Assembly: GCA_016930745.1 (NCBI GenBank)
Contig: JAFGGE010000002.1
Coordinates: 1,685 to 65,684, forward strand
From: Sedimentisphaerales bacterium
GTDB taxonomy: Bacteria > Planctomycetota > Phycisphaerae > Sedimentisphaerales > Anaerohalosphaeraceae
Direction of reading: 5' to 3'
DNA length: 64,000 nt
The notes below the pieces were generated by a model, which was not told the DNA's origin, did not search any database, and saw only the letters and a program-made list of their open reading frames with translations. Below, one piece after another: positions 47,322 to 56,206 of this stretch (position 1 is its first letter; each line of letters opens with the position of its first letter). The position numbers and the translations under genes are program-made.

Positions 47322-48344
47322 TTATGGAATCCGGTTCGATACTTCTATGAGTTTTTCCAGGGTGGCCTGCGCTTTACCGTCCCGGATTGCCGTATCCGCC
47401 AGTTCGATCCCGTTGGTAAAATCGTCGGTCCGTCCGGCGACCATTATAGCGGCGGCGGCGTTGAGCACCACGATATCTTTGCGGCATCCGGTATCCTTTC
47501 CGGAAAAAATCCCTCTCAGGATGTTCGCATTCGTGTCGGCATCTCCCCCTCGAAGGGCATCCAGGGTAGCTCTGCACATGCCGAAATCCTCGGGCCGGAT
47601 CGCCATTTCGGTGATTTCCCCCTCCTGAAGCGACAGGATTTGGGTTGTCCCCATCGTACCGATCTCGTCCAGTCCCTCGCTATGCACAACCATGCAGCGT
47701 TCCATACCGAGCATCTGCTGGGCTTCCATGACCTGCCGTAAAAGTTCTTCAGAGGCAACCCCGGTCATCTGTCGTTTCACACGGGCGGGATTGGCCAGAG
47801 GCCCCAGGATATTGAACACCGTACGAAATCCCAGGGCCTTGCGGACCGGCTGAACATATTTCATGGCCGGATGATAACTTGGGGCGAACATAAAACCGAT
47901 GCCCGCAGTGCGAATACATTCGGCAACCACGGCCGGGCCGGGAGAAACATTCACGCCCAAAGCCGTTAGAACATCGGCTGCCCCGCATGTGCTGGTGATC
48001 GCGCGATTGCCATGTTTGGCGACACGAACGCCGGCCCCGGCGGCCACAATAGCCGCCGCGGTGCTGATGTTAAATACTTTAACTTTAGCCCCGCCGGTTC
48101 CCACCACGTCAATCATGTTATCCAATCCCGCCTCCACCCGCACCGCGTGGTCTCTGAGAGACCCGGCCAGACCGGCCAATTCCGGCACAGTGACCCCTTT
48201 GGTGCGCATGGCCGTAAGAAATGCGGCCACTTGAATCTCGGACACACCCCCCTCAAAAATCGTATCGAGCAACGCCCTTGCCTGTTCGAAGCGCAGGTCA
48301 TTCCCTGAAACCAGGATTTCCAGATATTCGTTAATCTGCGTCAT
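47322..48344 (-). CDS. trpD: anthranilate phosphoribosyltransferase
   Basis: Motifs are VDVVGTGGA...NISTAAAIVAAGAGVRVAKHGNRAITSTCGAADVLTALG. Confidence 0.95.
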   Translation of the reverse strand: MTQINEYLEILVSGNDLRFEQARALLDTIFEGGVSEIQVAAFLTAMRTKGVTVPELAGLAGSLRDHAVRVEAGLDNMIDVVGTGGAKVKVFNISTAAAIVAAGAGVRVAKHGNRAITSTCGAADVLTALGVNVSPGPAVVAECIRTAGIGFMFAPSYHPAMKYVQPVRKALGFRTVFNILGPLANPARVKRQMTGVASEELLRQVMEAQQMLGMERCMVVHSEGLDEIGTMGTTQILSLQEGEITEMAIRPEDFGMCRATLDALRGGDADTNANILRGIFSGKDTGCRKDIVVLNAAAAIMVAGRTDDFTNGIELADTAIRDGKAQATLEKLIEVSNRIP

Positions 48345-48368
48345 CTTATGCCTCCTGTAGTCCGTACA

Positions 48369-48980
48369 TTATTGTTGCCTGTTTTCCATAGCGCCGGCTG
48401 CAATTCGGATCATATTCTCAATAATTCTTCCTCCCGCCGGCGTCAGTATGCTTTCCGGATGAAACTGCACGCCATGAATGGGCAATTGTTTATGCTGAAC
48501 GCCCATAACGACTCCCTCATAACCGGCGGTTTCTTCAAGGCAATCCGGCAGGGTCGTCGCACAGAGGCTGTGATACCGGCCGGCATGCAGAGGATTTTCC
48601 AGTCCGGAAAAGACGCCCTTGCCCGTATGAGTAATCCGAGAAGCCTTGCCGTGCATGACCTGGGGAGCATGGCCGATTGTCCCTCCGAAATGCTGAACAA
48701 TCGCCTGATGCCCCAGACAGACTCCGAAGATCGTCAGTGTGTTTTTGAAATGGCCAATGGCTTCCAGCGTAACCCCTGCGGTATCGGGATTGCCCGGCCC
48801 CGGAGAAATCAGCAACAGTTGCGGCGAAAAGTCTGCGGCGACTTTGATCAAGTCTGACAGGGGGGTATCGGCACGATAGACCAGCGTCGGACAATCCCGC
48901 CGGGCGAATTCGTCGACCAGGTTATACGTAAACGAGTCGAAGTTGTCGATAAATAATACGTTGATCGGTTTATCTTGCAT
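48369..48980 (-). CDS. trpG: anthranilate synthase component II (glutamine amidotransferase)
   Basis: Motifs are VLFIDNFDSFTYNLVDEF, GVCLGHQAI (catalytic Cys) and GVQFHPES. The start is trimmed to the ATG at 48980, just downstream of the trpE stop at 48991. Confidence 0.9.
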   Translation of the reverse strand: MQDKPINVLFIDNFDSFTYNLVDEFARRDCPTLVYRADTPLSDLIKVAADFSPQLLLISPGPGNPDTAGVTLEAIGHFKNTLTIFGVCLGHQAIVQHFGGTIGHAPQVMHGKASRITHTGKGVFSGLENPLHAGRYHSLCATTLPDCLEETAGYEGVVMGVQHKQLPIHGVQFHPESILTPAGGRIIENMIRIAAGAMENRQQ

Positions 48981-48990
48981 GGACAGACTC

Positions 48991-50592
48991 CTATTGGCCT
49001 CGGACTGCCCGCAGACAGGAGGCGACCTTGTGCTCGGTTTCATCAAATTCGGTTGCCGGGACACTGTCGTGAACGATCCCTGCCCCGGCCCGGATAAACG
49101 CGGTTTTATTCCGAATCTGGATGCTGCGAATCGTGATACAACTGTCGAACTGACCGTCCACTGTCAGGTACATCACAGCGCCGCCATAGTACCCTCGCTT
49201 GTTCTTTTCCAAGTGACGGATGATCTTCATGGCCTCGATCTTCGGCGCCCCGGTCAGGGTGCCCATATTCATCGTGGCCAGATACGCGCTCAGGGCATCC
49301 AGATCCTCCCTCAGGATGCCGCGGACATTACTAACCAAATGTTGAACCGACTCATATTTTTCCGTTACGAGCATTTCGGTCACCAGCCGGGAGGCGGGTT
49401 TGGTAACCCGGGCGATATCGTTTCGAGCCAGATCCACCAGCATCATATGTTCGGCCAGTTCCTTATGGTCCAGCTTTAGCTCCGCCTCATAGCGGCGGTC
49501 GGTTTCCGGATCGATCTGTCCGTTGGCTCGGCCTCGGGGCTTGGTGCCCGCGATGGGCCGAATCTCGACGGTCCGTTGCCCGGTGCCGCGAACCCGCAGA
49601 TTCAGTTCGGGACTGGCGCCGGTCAGGATCGTTGTAGGCGTATTCAAATAGAACATATAAGGGGATGGATTGAGCTTGCGCAGGCGGCGGTAGACATCCA
49701 GCGGTTCATCCGGACAGGGTTCGGCGATGGTCCGGCTGAGCACAACCTGAAAGATATCGCCGTCCAGGATATGCTGCTTGGCCTTTTCCACCATTTTTTC
49801 GTATTCCTGTCGCGGCGTATCGGTCCCTCCGGCAAAAGCGGGCAGGGGCTCTTTTTGGGCTTTTCTGCCCTGTGCGGCGGCGGTTTGATAGTAGTGATCG
49901 AAGCAATTTTTGGCTTGCTCCAGGATCGTATCCCGGTCGTCGTCGGTGATCATGACGTTGACCACGATATAGCCCTGATTGGCCGCGTGATCCATCAGAA
50001 AGATGTTGTCGGCAAAATACAGCTCATAATCAGGATTACCCAGAATATCGTTCTTGTTGGGGGGCAGCGCTTCAAATTGATCGATAAAATCATAACTGAG
50101 GGCCCCCAACAGGCCGCAGGTGACCCGGAACGGGTGGCTGGCCAGCTCAAAAGAAAAGGCGACGGCCCGCAGGACATCCATCTGATTGACGCTTTTCAGG
50201 CGGGTTTGTTCGTCGATCACGTCCTCGTTGGCCTTGAGGATGCCCGTAATCGCATCCTCCCCGAATTTCACCGTCTTACAGAAGGCGAATCGGTTTTTCT
50301 GACGGGCCAGATACCGCAGCATCCGCCGGCCGGTATCGGTCAGGGCCTTGATAGAGAATTCGTTGCCCTTGCCGGTCAGGTAGAGGGACGGTCGGGCCGT
50401 GCCAAACGTCAGCTCGCCGCCTCCTCCATGGGTCAGATAATCCCGCGACTCAAACAGGCAGCAATGGGGATTTCGCCCGAAATCGCTGAGCTTGCTGAAA
50501 AATTCCAGGGGATCGGTCATCTCGATCTCCTTGACGATCGGGATGATCTGCCCAGGTAGGGCGTTTTCTATCGTTTTTCGGTAATCTTCCAT
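48991..50592 (-). CDS. trpE: anthranilate synthase component I
   Basis: C-terminal chorismate-binding motifs are LSPYMFYL, GTLTGAPKIEAM and RGYYGGAV. The start is set at the ATG at 50592 (MEDYRK...). The 53 codons upstream in the track ORF cross the leader/terminator region and are not coding for TrpE. Confidence 0.9.
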   Translation of the reverse strand: MEDYRKTIENALPGQIIPIVKEIEMTDPLEFFSKLSDFGRNPHCCLFESRDYLTHGGGGELTFGTARPSLYLTGKGNEFSIKALTDTGRRMLRYLARQKNRFAFCKTVKFGEDAITGILKANEDVIDEQTRLKSVNQMDVLRAVAFSFELASHPFRVTCGLLGALSYDFIDQFEALPPNKNDILGNPDYELYFADNIFLMDHAANQGYIVVNVMITDDDRDTILEQAKNCFDHYYQTAAAQGRKAQKEPLPAFAGGTDTPRQEYEKMVEKAKQHILDGDIFQVVLSRTIAEPCPDEPLDVYRRLRKLNPSPYMFYLNTPTTILTGASPELNLRVRGTGQRTVEIRPIAGTKPRGRANGQIDPETDRRYEAELKLDHKELAEHMMLVDLARNDIARVTKPASRLVTEMLVTEKYESVQHLVSNVRGILREDLDALSAYLATMNMGTLTGAPKIEAMKIIRHLEKNKRGYYGGAVMYLTVDGQFDSCITIRSIQIRNKTAFIRAGAGIVHDSVPATEFDETEHKVASCLRAVRGQ

Positions 50593-50642
50593 TGGTTTTC
50601 TTTCTCCGGTCCAGGTTCCGGGAACTTTGGCAGGCGGGAAGC

Positions 50643-50679
50643 AAAAAAAATCGCAACCCATCCTGCGACAGGTTGCGAT
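50643..50679 (-). terminator. intrinsic terminator (attenuator) between the trp leader peptide and trpE
   Basis: The minus-strand RNA is AUCGCAACC-UGUCGCAGGAUG-GGUUGCGAU followed by U8. This is a 9-bp GC-rich stem plus U-tract, 50 nt upstream of the trpE ATG. Confidence 0.7.
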
Positions 50680-50729
50680 TTCTTTTCGGTCATCCAAATA
50701 CGAGAACAGAAACACCGCCGCCTGTCGGA

Positions 50730-50780
50730 TTATGCGACAGGCCACCACCATCCAAAACGTGCTCGCATGTTTCTATTCAT
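50730..50780 (-). CDS. trpL: trp operon leader peptide with three consecutive Trp codons (MNRN)MRARFGWWWPVA*
   Basis: My reading of the minus strand is ATG AAT AGA AAC ATG CGA GCA CGT TTT GGA TGG TGG TGG CCT GTC GCA TAA. In-frame ATGs lie at 50780 and 50768, and the UGG triplet at 50750-50742. It sits between a promoter-like element and the terminator, so the call is by position and content only. Confidence 0.6.
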   Translation of the reverse strand: MNRNMRARFGWWWPVA

Positions 50781-50787
50781 AGAAGCA

Positions 50788-50816
50788 ATTATGCCATATT
50801 TGCCGATTCGAGTCAA
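50788..50816 (-). promoter_or_regulatory. sigma70-type promoter for the trp leader (TTGACT-N17-CATAAT)
   Basis: On the minus strand, TTGACT lies at 50816-50811 and CATAAT at 50793-50788. The first leader ATG begins 8 nt after the -10 element. Confidence 0.5.
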
Positions 50817-50846
50817 AGCGAAAAATCAGAAAATTTACATTTTTTT

Positions 50847-52460
50847 TCAGGGCCTTGAGCCGGGAGACACCATGGAATTGCCTGTCGGACCTCCGCTGGC
50901 TGTATTCAGCTTATTTAGCATATCAATCAATTCGACAAGATGCTCCTTGGGAATCGCTAATTCATAGGTTACCATATCGTCTTGTATTGTAACTGCCATA
51001 GCCATCTTGGTCTTAAGCTGCTGGCCCATCTGACTGAGCATACCGATCATCATCAAAGCCTGCTGCATTTGTGGATCTTGATTTTGGCCCTGCGGCATCC
51101 CGACCGTAGCCATTATGCCGATCATTTCGAGGACATTAAACGCCCCGACAAAATCGGCTTGCTCTGCAGTTCGGAGGGCCTGCGTTGCCGGTGTGGTTTG
51201 AGAGGCTTTTTTCATTTGTTTGAAAAGAGCGATCATCTGAGCCGCTTCGGGAGGATCGTTGGGGCCAGATTGTAATTGGAAAAAATCTTTATTGATCATA
51301 GCCGAAAGTTCCGATCCGGGTACGACTTCCATTCGGATTTGCGCATTGAGCATCTGAACCGACGGATCCAGGGCAAGAGTCAGCCATTGCAATTGAGCAA
51401 GGAAATCAACCTGTTGCAACGCCATTTGCATTTGTGCAGAGCCTTGCCCCTGGGCTTGTTGAGCCTGGGCCAGCGTGGAAACCAATTGTGCTACCTGTTT
51501 GGAATTGACATACGCCCAGAAAGGCGACTCTTTCATTTGTGTTTGAAGATCGGGGGAAAACCGGCTGGCGATGGCGGTTCCGGTCATAAGGGCCTTAACG
51601 CTTTCCAGTTGGGTTCCCGCGTTGACGGCCGAAAAAAGGGCATATTGTCCTTCGGCAACAGGCGTACAAATCAACTCTCCAAGAGGAGAGTTTGGAGTGT
51701 TAATGCGATAAATCCCCGCCGGATCAGGAGGACTGACCCCCGGATTTTCCGAGGCGAAACGCTGGAAATCGGTTACCGGGACCAGAACCGCGAATTGCGG
51801 GACCTGCATCTGACTGCCGGGGGGCTGAGCCATCACGGAAAAAATCGCAATATCGCCATTGGTTTGAATGTTTTTTAACATTGGATCGCCCAAAGCTCCG
51901 CCGACGAATCCTCGAACCACCAGGGATAATCCCATCGGGATCGGAATGATTCCCTTCAGATAGCTGTCCAACTGGCCCATGGCGTAATCAAAATTCTTGA
52001 TCTTTACGCAGAACAGGCAGTCGGCGGGGACCAGGCTGAGCACATCCGGCGCCGGACCGGTTGTTGCCGTTTGAACGGGCTGTACCGGCGTCGGAGTAAC
52101 TTCGATCGGTTCTACCTCGGGAAGGCCCGTATCGGCTTTGACAGGAGGGGTTGTTATGATGCCCGGTTCGAGCGGTTGTTCCGGCTCGACCGGTTTGGGG
52201 GGAATCGGTTCGGTTACGGGAGGTGTCGGTTGTTCTTTTTGAAGCTGCCGGTCTCGCTCCTCCTGCCAGATCCGTTTGGGAGCCCCTTTCATGGGTTCGT
52301 GTCGGGCTTTGAGTTCCGTCTGGCCGGTCTGCTGTTTGCGGAACATCTCCATGGTCATCCGACCGATATCCTGACCGCCGACCTGGGCTACCGTTGTCCC
52401 AAGCAAGACCGAAGCGATCCATACAATCACGCATACTGTTCGGATTGGTTTTGAAAACAT
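50847..52460 (-). CDS. secreted/anchored protein of unknown function with a Pro-rich linker
   Basis: 537 aa. An N-terminal hydrophobic anchor is followed by a PT/PE-rich spacer (PTPPVTEPIPPKPVEPEQPLEPGIITTPPV...) and then a globular region of about 390 aa with no recognisable motif. Confidence 0.55.
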   Translation of the reverse strand: MFSKPIRTVCVIVWIASVLLGTTVAQVGGQDIGRMTMEMFRKQQTGQTELKARHEPMKGAPKRIWQEERDRQLQKEQPTPPVTEPIPPKPVEPEQPLEPGIITTPPVKADTGLPEVEPIEVTPTPVQPVQTATTGPAPDVLSLVPADCLFCVKIKNFDYAMGQLDSYLKGIIPIPMGLSLVVRGFVGGALGDPMLKNIQTNGDIAIFSVMAQPPGSQMQVPQFAVLVPVTDFQRFASENPGVSPPDPAGIYRINTPNSPLGELICTPVAEGQYALFSAVNAGTQLESVKALMTGTAIASRFSPDLQTQMKESPFWAYVNSKQVAQLVSTLAQAQQAQGQGSAQMQMALQQVDFLAQLQWLTLALDPSVQMLNAQIRMEVVPGSELSAMINKDFFQLQSGPNDPPEAAQMIALFKQMKKASQTTPATQALRTAEQADFVGAFNVLEMIGIMATVGMPQGQNQDPQMQQALMMIGMLSQMGQQLKTKMAMAVTIQDDMVTYELAIPKEHLVELIDMLNKLNTASGGPTGNSMVSPGSRP

Positions 52461-52500
52461 GCTGCTTCTCCTGGTTATCCTATCTAAAGATTCCTATGTC

Positions 52501-53337
52501 TTATTTGCCGAAAAGTTTCAAAAAATCCTCTTTGGTTTTCTGGTTGGTAGCCAGAATCGAATATTTCTGGCCCTGATAGGAAGCACAATCGACCGGGAAG
52601 ATGGGCTTTCCGGACAGGTCGCACACAATACCCCCGGCTGTCTCGACGAGCATGGCCCCGGCCGCGATATCCCATAATTTGGTGTCATACGAAACCATAC
52701 CTACCATCGCGCCCTTCGCGACATAGGCCATATGAAGTGCTGTGGTCCCCAGATTTCGGAAACGCATCGTTTGCATCACATTGTTGATCGCACCGGTCTG
52801 CTCCGTGGGGAAATGGCTGTCGATCCCAAAGCTGACAAACGGGGTTACTTTTTCGCTGCTTGTCGAAATGGAAGAATTGTTCAATTGGGCATCCATGTCC
52901 TTTGCCGCCGTGTACATGGATTCGCTGGCCGGATCGAAAATCACCCCCATCAGAGGCTGCCCCTGATAAAGCAGCGCCACGCTTACGGCAAACGAGAGCA
53001 ATCCATGGCAATAATTATTCGTCCCGTCGATAGGATCGATCACCCACCAGAAATCGTCCTGGCTTCGGGGAGGCTGTTTGAAAAGGGCTCCCTGATCTCC
53101 TTCTTCGGCCAGAAAACCGTGATCCGGATAGGTTTCCTTAATCCGTGAAATAATCAGCCTCTGACAGATGACATCGGCATGGCTGACCATTTCTTCCCCG
53201 TTTTTCAGGGAGGATTTAACGTATTTGATTTCCTCCATGGCCCGCTGTCCGGCCAGCCGGGCCGCAACGACTGCCGTTTCGAGCATGTCCCAGATATCGC
53301 TGTGTTCCAGTTTCATCCTGCACCTATTCCTTGACAA
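52501..53337 (-). CDS. inositol monophosphatase family protein
   Basis: Motifs are FLAEEG and WVIDPIDGTNNY, and the C-terminal motif region is present. Confidence 0.85.
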   Translation of the reverse strand: MSRNRCRMKLEHSDIWDMLETAVVAARLAGQRAMEEIKYVKSSLKNGEEMVSHADVICQRLIISRIKETYPDHGFLAEEGDQGALFKQPPRSQDDFWWVIDPIDGTNNYCHGLLSFAVSVALLYQGQPLMGVIFDPASESMYTAAKDMDAQLNNSSISTSSEKVTPFVSFGIDSHFPTEQTGAINNVMQTMRFRNLGTTALHMAYVAKGAMVGMVSYDTKLWDIAAGAMLVETAGGIVCDLSGKPIFPVDCASYQGQKYSILATNQKTKEDFLKLFGK

Positions 53338-53365
53338 TGTCCCGTTTCCCCTCTATTGTAACGAA

Positions 53366-53839
53366 ATGGCACAGACAAGCCAACAGGCAAATTCCGTGGT
53401 AGATCGTTCCAGGGTTTCGTTGCGGGGACGCATCCTGGCCGGCTTGGTTTTTGGCGTCGTCCTGTCGATGTTTATTGTGCTTCACATGGCGGCCACCGGC
53501 CGGATTGACATGACCGACTGGTTCGGCATTTGCGGATTTAAGCAGAAATATGGGCTCCCCTGTGCCGGCTGCTATTGGACAACGTCGGCTATGTTGTACG
53601 CCCGGGGCCGGATTCTGTCCGCCTTCGTCGCTCAGCCGGCGGCGGCTTTCTTTTGCACGGTGCTGCTCATTACGGCGTTTTTTGCTTTACTTATCGCGAT
53701 ATGGGGAGTAAACTTCCGTTTTCTTCATCCGCCGCTCCGGACATGGCTCATCCAGTATGGGATTGCCATAGCCGTAATCGTCATTCTGGCCGGATGGGCG
53801 GTAACATTGGCAAGGGCTTGGGTGCAGGGATATCCATAA
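53366..53839 (+). CDS. DUF2752-like membrane protein
   Basis: The Cys pair pattern (CGFKQKYGLPCAGCYWTTS) is followed by hydrophobic helices, as I recall for DUF2752. The track ORF is trimmed to the ATG at 53366, because its 5' part is antisense to the IMPase gene. Confidence 0.5.
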   Translation: MAQTSQQANSVVDRSRVSLRGRILAGLVFGVVLSMFIVLHMAATGRIDMTDWFGICGFKQKYGLPCAGCYWTTSAMLYARGRILSAFVAQPAAAFFCTVLLITAFFALLIAIWGVNFRFLHPPLRTWLIQYGIAIAVIVILAGWAVTLARAWVQGYP

Positions 53840-53843
53840 GGTT

Positions 53844-54515
53844 ATGATACGGTGTCGGACAATTCTATATGGCATGTTGACGGGCGCAGGATTTTTCTGC
53901 TGCGGCTGCAATATATTCGGCTGGGCTACCGCCCCGACGCGCCATGAGCAAAAAGTGCCCGCCCAATTCCGACTTAAGGATGTCCAGGAACGCAACATTG
54001 TCGTGGTCGTCGATCTGGCCTACGCTTCCAGGGTTCCTCCTTCCGTACGACAGGAACTGGTCCATCTGATCAATGGGCATCTGGTCCAGCGGGCCGGTCT
54101 TAATAAACGGTATCTGGTGGCGGCGGCCGACTCGCCCGAAAGGGCGAAAATCGATGAACTCCAAGAAGAATCCCCCGAGCAGATTGGCAGGCTTGTCAAA
54201 GCGGGACTCGTATTGTTCGTCCGGCTGGAAGACTACCGAGAGGATCCAATGAGCCATCCCGGTTTCCTGTCGGCGTCTGTGACAAGTCGGGCCATGCTGA
54301 TCGATACCGAATCCGGCCGGACCCTATGGCCGATGAATTCGGAAACCCATCTGACACGGGTGAAAGTGGAAGCGGAAATTAAAGGTCGGGAAAACGCCCT
54401 GGAACGACTGGCAAAGGCGACATCGCATTGCATTGTTCGAAACCTGTACGACTGTCCCCGGGACACGTACAAGATTGCCGAGGAACAAAGCGATGTTCCG
54501 ACAGAAGTATGGTAA
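53844..54515 (+). CDS. putative lipoprotein, unknown function
   Basis: It has an N-terminal hydrophobic segment with a Cys cluster (GAGFFCCGCN). The start is 5 nt after the preceding gene. No family was recognised. Confidence 0.45.
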   Translation: MIRCRTILYGMLTGAGFFCCGCNIFGWATAPTRHEQKVPAQFRLKDVQERNIVVVVDLAYASRVPPSVRQELVHLINGHLVQRAGLNKRYLVAAADSPERAKIDELQEESPEQIGRLVKAGLVLFVRLEDYREDPMSHPGFLSASVTSRAMLIDTESGRTLWPMNSETHLTRVKVEAEIKGRENALERLAKATSHCIVRNLYDCPRDTYKIAEEQSDVPTEVW

Positions 54516-54541
54516 CTTCATAATAATCTGGAGAATGATAC

Positions 54542-56131
54542 ATGTATAGAATTTTGATTACCGACAAACTGGCCCAGGAGGGCATCGATCTGATCAACAG
54601 CATGGATGGATTTGAGGCCGTTATTAAAAAAGGCGTCAGTGAAGAGGAACTGGCCTCCATCATCGGAGAATACGACGGCCTGATTATTCGCAGCGATACC
54701 AAGGTCACCGCCAGGGTGCTGGAAAAACCCGGCAAGCTCAAAGGCGTGGCCCGCGCCGGCGTAGGCGTGGACAATATCGATGTGCCGGCCGCCACGAAAA
54801 GGGGCGTGCTGGTGATGAATACGCCCGGCGGTAATACGCTCAGCGCCGCCGAGCACACGATGGCCCTGATGCTGGCTTTAAGCCGCAATGTGGTCCCGGC
54901 CTGCAGCAGCCTCAAACAAGGGGCATGGGATCGTAAAAAATATATGGGCAACCAGCTCAACAACAAAGTGCTGGGCGTCATCGGACTGGGACGCATCGGC
55001 ATGGCCGTCGTTAAAATGGCCCTGGGTTTCAACATGAAGGTGCTTGGGTACGATCCCTTCGCCGCTCCCAAAGAGGCCCAGGAGCTGGGGATAACGATCA
55101 CCGAAGATTTGCAGCGGATCTATAAGGAATCCGACTTTATTACCCTCCATGTTCCCAGGAACGAGCAGACTCTCAATATGATCGGCGCCGAACAATTGAA
55201 AATCATGAAACCCACCTGTCGGATCATCAACGTCGCACGAGGGGGGATCGTCAACGAAAACGATTTGTACGACGCCGTCAAAAAAGGCACCATTGCCGGA
55301 GCGGCGCTGGACGTCTTTACCAAGGAACCTCCCGATAATCTGGGATTCCAGGAAATCGGCAATTGTCTGGTGACGCCGCATCTGGGCGCCAGCACCGAGG
55401 AGGCCCAGACCGAAGTGGCCGTCGAAGCCGCTCAAATCCTCTGCGACGCCATTAAGGGCGGTCCGATCAAGAACGCCTTGAACGCCCCGGCCATCGGCGC
55501 CGGCGCCCCTCCGATCGTGACCCACTATGCCGAACTGGCGCGGCGGATCGGAACCATTATCAGCACGCTGACGCCGGAACCGGTTAAAAGCGTGCGGGTG
55601 GAATACCGCGGGGAAATCGCCGAAAAAGAGACGGCGGTCGTTACCACCTCTTTTTCCATCGGCTTGCTCCAACCGCATTTTGATATGCCCATTAATATGG
55701 TTAACGCCGGATTGATGGCTAAGGAGCGGGGAATCAGCATTGATGAAATCAAGAATGCCGATGTGAAGGATGTTCTCAGCAGTTTTACCGCCTGTGTCGA
55801 AACAGAACGACGGAAGCGTTCGATCCGGGGAACGGTCTTTGGCCGCGGTTTGCTGCGGATCATCGAAATCGACGGCTTTACCGTGGAAGTCACGCCGGAA
55901 GGGACGCTTCTGGTAATCTTTAACGACGACAAACCGGGCGTAATCGGGGCCGTCGGAACGGTATGCGGCAAACACGGGATCAATATCAGTACGATGGGCG
56001 TCGGGCAGAAGCTTAAGGAAAAAAAGGCGGTCCTGGCCGTCAGTCTCGACAAAACGCCCGACGAGGCGACCATACAGGCGCTATCCGATCTCGATTTGGT
56101 CAACGAATTATATGTCTGTAAACTGAGTTGA
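54542..56131 (+). CDS. serA: D-3-phosphoglycerate dehydrogenase (long form with ASB and ACT domains)
   Basis: Motifs are MYRILITDKL..., the GVIGLGRIGMAV NAD loop, ARGGIV and PHLGAST. The C-terminal ACT-like region is LLVIFNDDKPGVIGAVGTVCGKHGINI. Confidence 0.95.
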   Translation: MYRILITDKLAQEGIDLINSMDGFEAVIKKGVSEEELASIIGEYDGLIIRSDTKVTARVLEKPGKLKGVARAGVGVDNIDVPAATKRGVLVMNTPGGNTLSAAEHTMALMLALSRNVVPACSSLKQGAWDRKKYMGNQLNNKVLGVIGLGRIGMAVVKMALGFNMKVLGYDPFAAPKEAQELGITITEDLQRIYKESDFITLHVPRNEQTLNMIGAEQLKIMKPTCRIINVARGGIVNENDLYDAVKKGTIAGAALDVFTKEPPDNLGFQEIGNCLVTPHLGASTEEAQTEVAVEAAQILCDAIKGGPIKNALNAPAIGAGAPPIVTHYAELARRIGTIISTLTPEPVKSVRVEYRGEIAEKETAVVTTSFSIGLLQPHFDMPINMVNAGLMAKERGISIDEIKNADVKDVLSSFTACVETERRKRSIRGTVFGRGLLRIIEIDGFTVEVTPEGTLLVIFNDDKPGVIGAVGTVCGKHGINISTMGVGQKLKEKKAVLAVSLDKTPDEATIQALSDLDLVNELYVCKLS

Positions 56132-56206
56132 TTGGAGATGGAGAAATTCCTTCGCTTGTAGCGGAAATCATTGCCGGATAACATTGGCTCAAAAGGAGTA
56201 CCATGG

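Noticed and set aside
50593-50751. 53-codon N-terminal extension of the trpE ORF in the track (MVVACRIIRQAAVFLF...).
   Set aside because: It reads through the terminator hairpin and the leader region in a frame with no TrpE similarity. TrpE homology starts at MEDYRK (50592). The region is better explained as an attenuator.
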